Source of the DNA: Bacteroidales bacterium
GTDB lineage: Bacteria > Bacteroidota > Bacteroidia > Bacteroidales > JACABE01
Length of the DNA stretch: 64,000 nt
NCBI GenBank assembly: GCA_038204725.1
Contig: JBBRCQ010000006.1
Span: 3,638 to 67,637 of the forward strand
Direction: 5' to 3'
Positions 60,515 to 64,000 of the stretch are shown here, one piece after another; positions within the stretch are counted from its first letter, which is position 1, and each line of letters opens with the position of its first letter. Under the pieces are notes generated by a model, which was not told where the DNA came from, did not search any database, and worked only from the letters and a program-made list of their open reading frames with translations. A program made the position numbers and the translations under genes.

Positions 60515-63331
60515 ATGAAAAATGCATTTTTAAGCCTGTTGTTACTGGTATTTATGTTTTTAGGTGTTTATGGACAAGATTCCAAAACAGATTTGAATAA
60601 ACCAATACCTGTTGATCCAAAAGTTAGAATTGGAAAGTTAGAAAATGGACTGGTATATTATATCCGTCAAAATAAAAAACCTGAGAAAAGGGTTGAATTG
60701 CGTTTAGTTGTTAATGCAGGTTCGCTTTTGGAAACTGATGCACAACAAGGATTGGCGCATTTTACCGAACATATGTGTTTTAACGGAACTTCTCATTTTC
60801 CTAAAAATGAACTGGTTAATTTCTTGCAAACGATAGGTGTACGCTTTGGAGCTGATATTAATGCGTATACCAGTTTTGATGAAACCGTTTATATGCTTCA
60901 AATACCTACCGACAAAGAAGGTCTGCTCGAAAATGGGTATCAGGTGATAGAAGACTGGGCTCATAATGTAACGATGGACGGCAAGGAAATTGATAAAGAA
61001 AGAGGTGTAATTACCGAAGAGTGGAGATTGGGCCTTGGTGCCAATGATAGAATGAGTAAAAAGTTTTTCCCTGTCATCTTTAAAGATTCAAAATATGCCG
61101 AAAGAATGCCAATCGGTAAAATTGAGGTTATTAAAAACTTTAAACATGAAACCATTCGAGCATTTTATCACGATTGGTATCGTCCAGATTTGCAAGCTGT
61201 TATTGTAGTTGGTGATATTAATTTAGATTCTGCCGAAGCTAAAATAAAACAACATTTTAGTGGAATTAAAAATCCTGAAAATCCTAAAATGAGAACTGTT
61301 TTTGATTTACCGGCCAATAAGGATCCGCTAATCGCCATAGAAACGGATAAAGAAGCTACCAACAATATGGTGATGTTATTTTACAAACATCCACATACTG
61401 TTAAAAAAAACTTAGCCGATTATAAAAATTATTTAATGGAACAATTGTATACTGAAATGTTAAATGCCAGATTATCAGAAATTTCATTAAAACAAAATGC
61501 CCCATTTATTGGTGCATCTACTTCATATGGTCAGTTTTTAGCCCGAAGCGGTGACGCTTATTCTATTTATGCTTCTGCAAAAGAAAATCAAATTGATCAA
61601 TCACTTGAAATACTTTTGCTTGAAAACGAAAGAGTTAGAAAGTTCGGTTTTCTTGAATCGGAATTTGAACGACAAAAAGAAGAAATTCTGAGTAATATGG
61701 AAAAATCTGCCAAAGAAGCAGACAAAACAGAATCAGCTAATTTTTGCTCGGAATATGCAAGTCATTTCCTTTCGGAGGAACCCATACCAGGTGTAAAAAA
61801 TGAATTGAAATTCACTAAAAAATTATTACCCGAAATTACATTGTCAGAAATCAATGCACTGGCTAAAGAATGGGTGACAGACGATAATATTGCAATAGTA
61901 GTAACTGCTCCTGAGAAGGAAGGTATTAAAGTTCCCACCAAAGAACAAATATTGACAATTATTAAAAATTCTAAAACAACACAATTAGAACCTTATGTCG
62001 ACAATTTTAAAGCTGAGCCTCTTTTGGCTGAGGAACTCACAGGTTCGAAAGTGATTTCGAAAAAAGAAAATAAAGAACTGAGTTATACTGAATTAACCTT
62101 GGCCAATGGCATTAAAGTAGTATTGAAACCTACTGATTTTAAAAATGATGAAATTCTTATTTCAGCTTACAGTCCTGGTGGACACTCCTTATATCCTGAT
62201 AGCGATTTTATATCAGCTAATTTTTCAAGCACTATCGTTGATCAAAGTGGGATTGCTAATTTCGACAATGTTCAGTTAGAAAAAAAACTAAAAGGAAAAG
62301 TTGTACAGATCAGCCCGTACATTTCTGACATAAAAGAAGGCTTTTCAGGAAGTTCAACACCCAAAGATTTTGAAACTTTATTGCAATTAACCTATCTGTA
62401 TTTTAAATCGCCTCGAAAAGACACCGCTGCGTTCAATACATTTACCTCTCAGATGAAAAACCAATTAAAATTTATCAAGGCTAATCCACAGTATGCTTTT
62501 TATGACACATTGTACAAATCGTCATATCCCGGAGCTAAGAGATTGATCATTATTCCTACCGAAGAACAGATCAGTCAAATAAAACTTGATAAAGCATTTG
62601 GAATTTATCAGGACAGATTTGCAGATGCCAGTGATTTTAAATTTTTTATTGTAGGAAATTTTGATGTAGATTCTATTACGCCAATGATTGAGAAATATAT
62701 AGGAAGCCTGCCGGTAACCAACCGTAAAGAAACATGGAAAGATGTAAGTCCTCAATTTGCAAAAGGTGTAAATGAAATCAAATTTTATAAAGGTACTGAA
62801 AAACAGGCTATGGTTGGATTGTTAATGTCGGGTAGTATCGAATGGAATGTTAAAAACAAATTATCCATGGCTCTTTTACAAGGAATTATGGATATTAAAC
62901 TGGTTGAAGTTATCCGTGAAAAATTGAGTGGTGTGTATAGCCCTCAAGCCATGTTAAGTATCGAACATTATCCTAAACCTGAGTTTAATGTAATGGTAAT
63001 GTTTGGTTGTGCACCCAGAAGTGCTGATAAATTGACCAAAGCTGTTTTTGGAATCATGAAAGGCCTGTTGAAAAAAGGACCTAGCCAAATTGATCTTGAT
63101 AAAGCCAAAGAAGCAATCATCAGAGAACGCGAAACCAATTTAAAGAAAAATAATTATTGGTTGCAAAAATTAGAATCAGCTTCTTTTGATGGTGATGATA
63201 TCAACAATGTCTTAAATATTGAAGATCAGCTTAAAACAATTACAATTGACGATTTAAAGCAATTGTCGCAAAAATGTTTCACCAAAGACCATTATGTAAG
63301 AGTGGTATTACTCCCAGAAACAGGAAAATAA
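60515..63331 (+). CDS. M16 family (insulinase/pitrilysin-like) zinc peptidase, double-length
   Basis: Signal peptide. GLAHFTEHMCFNGT (HxxEH) and ...E..R.VI.EE. About 940 aa, PqqL-like organisation. Confidence 0.85.
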   Translation: MKNAFLSLLLLVFMFLGVYGQDSKTDLNKPIPVDPKVRIGKLENGLVYYIRQNKKPEKRVELRLVVNAGSLLETDAQQGLAHFTEHMCFNGTSHFPKNELVNFLQTIGVRFGADINAYTSFDETVYMLQIPTDKEGLLENGYQVIEDWAHNVTMDGKEIDKERGVITEEWRLGLGANDRMSKKFFPVIFKDSKYAERMPIGKIEVIKNFKHETIRAFYHDWYRPDLQAVIVVGDINLDSAEAKIKQHFSGIKNPENPKMRTVFDLPANKDPLIAIETDKEATNNMVMLFYKHPHTVKKNLADYKNYLMEQLYTEMLNARLSEISLKQNAPFIGASTSYGQFLARSGDAYSIYASAKENQIDQSLEILLLENERVRKFGFLESEFERQKEEILSNMEKSAKEADKTESANFCSEYASHFLSEEPIPGVKNELKFTKKLLPEITLSEINALAKEWVTDDNIAIVVTAPEKEGIKVPTKEQILTIIKNSKTTQLEPYVDNFKAEPLLAEELTGSKVISKKENKELSYTELTLANGIKVVLKPTDFKNDEILISAYSPGGHSLYPDSDFISANFSSTIVDQSGIANFDNVQLEKKLKGKVVQISPYISDIKEGFSGSSTPKDFETLLQLTYLYFKSPRKDTAAFNTFTSQMKNQLKFIKANPQYAFYDTLYKSSYPGAKRLIIIPTEEQISQIKLDKAFGIYQDRFADASDFKFFIVGNFDVDSITPMIEKYIGSLPVTNRKETWKDVSPQFAKGVNEIKFYKGTEKQAMVGLLMSGSIEWNVKNKLSMALLQGIMDIKLVEVIREKLSGVYSPQAMLSIEHYPKPEFNVMVMFGCAPRSADKLTKAVFGIMKGLLKKGPSQIDLDKAKEAIIRERETNLKKNNYWLQKLESASFDGDDINNVLNIEDQLKTITIDDLKQLSQKCFTKDHYVRVVLLPETGK

Positions 63332-63341
63332 TATAAAACTA

Positions 63342-63381
63342 AAAGTTTGTCCAAAATGTTTAATTTTGGACAAACTTTTTT
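63342..63381 (+). terminator. rho-independent terminator after the M16 peptidase
   Basis: AAAGTTTGTCCAAAA-TGTTTAA-TTTTGGACAAACTTT plus T-run. Confidence 0.85.
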
Positions 63382-63426
63382 CTGTAGAATACAAATATCT
63401 AATATATCATAAATTAAAAATTAAAA

Positions 63427-64000
63427 ATGAAGAATCGATTAAAAATTATCTGGATTGCTTTTGTGAGCATTTCTGTTCTTTTTATTGCTGTTGAGCAAGT
63501 TCAGGCTCAAAAACAATATACTTATGAATCTGTAGCAGGTGATCCCTTGAATGCCAGAATTTATACACTCGAAAATGGTTTGAAAGTGTACATGACTGTT
63601 TACAAAGATGCTCCTAGAATACAGACTTACATTGCCGTAAGAGCGGGTAGTAAAAACGATCCACACGAAACTACCGGTCTTGCACATTACTTTGAACACA
63701 TGATGTTTAAAGGAACTTCAAAATATGGCAGTAAAGACTGGAAAAATGAAGCTCCTCTTATTGCTAAAGTGGATTCTTTATTTGAAATTTACAGAACGTT
63801 AACCGATGAAAATCAACGTAAAGATATGTATCATGTAATAGATAGTATTTCCTACATAGCTTCAACATATGCCATTCCAAATGAATACGATAAATTGATG
63901 TCAGCTATTGGTGCTGATGGTACCAATGCATTTACTTCGTTAGAAATTACAGCTTATGTTGAAGACATTCCTTCTAACCAAATCGAAAATTGGGCAACTA
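63427..64000 (+). CDS. second M16 family peptidase, N-terminal part (runs off the right edge)
   Basis: Hand translation: MKNRLKIIWIAFVSISVLFIAVEQVQAQKQYTYESVAGDPLNARIYTLENGLKVYMTVYKDAPRIQTYIAVRAGSKNDPHETTGLAHYFEHMMFKGTSKYG... (HxxEH). Absent from the track because it has no stop in the window. Confidence 0.8.
   Translation, partial: MKNRLKIIWIAFVSISVLFIAVEQVQAQKQYTYESVAGDPLNARIYTLENGLKVYMTVYKDAPRIQTYIAVRAGSKNDPHETTGLAHYFEHMMFKGTSKYGSKDWKNEAPLIAKVDSLFEIYRTLTDENQRKDMYHVIDSISYIASTYAIPNEYDKLMSAIGADGTNAFTSLEITAYVEDIPSNQIENWAT

Noticed and set aside
63439-63699. 86-aa minus-strand ORF at the right edge.
   Set aside because: Antisense to a clear M16 peptidase N-terminus (signal peptide plus HYFEH) that starts at 63427 on the + strand.

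Overview
This window looks like a chromosomal segment of a low-GC Bacteroidota genome. Evidence: sprA/T9SS, T9SS C-terminal sorting tails, TAnnTTTG-type promoters and no obvious Shine-Dalgarno sites. All coordinates were counted by hand from the printed sequence.

I support about 55 protein genes, mostly housekeeping:
- LPS-type glycosyltransferases (GT2, GT9)
- rpsF-rpsR-rplI
- a TrmH-family methyltransferase
- queD and mntP
- a GAF/fRMsr-like protein
- a tryptophanase-family lyase
- an M64 peptidase
- ruvA-sprA-gcvH
- two RluA/RluD pseudouridine synthases
- a GT51 transglycosylase and a PASTA protein
- class II RNR
- dnaX
- tandem M16 peptidases

There are also 3 tRNAs (Lys-CTT, Pro-CGG, Thr-CGT), several clean rho-independent terminators, and two edge-truncated genes missing from the ORF track (1..494 minus, 63427..64000 plus).

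Five regions stand out:
1. A low-GC, three-gene, translationally coupled cassette at 45.9-47.6 kb sits between rluD and nrdJ. It encodes a TIGR04255-like protein, an unknown protein and a Cys/His hydrolase-like protein, and has its own consensus promoter and terminator. This is my best candidate for an uncharacterised system.
2. A sodium/osmotic-looking block at 29.4-37.7 kb holds KamA-family aminomutase + GNAT + racemase-like genes, an orphan OadG-like gene, an OmpR/HK pair and nhaA. Three promoters in it share an identical architecture: four TTTAAT half-sites phased at exactly 11 bp, placed exactly 18 nt upstream of a -7-like box.
3. A strictly polar family of intergenic word repeats. GTGAACA heptamer arrays sit on gene stop codons, and AATAACC-type arrays sit just upstream of the next start.
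4. A GIY-YIG gene bracketed by direct copies of a hairpin-forming repeat, inside a duplicated RhuM locus with a pseudogene.
5. An orphan consensus promoter with a possible small RNA upstream of ruvA.

No CRISPR array, rRNA, transposase or integrase was seen.
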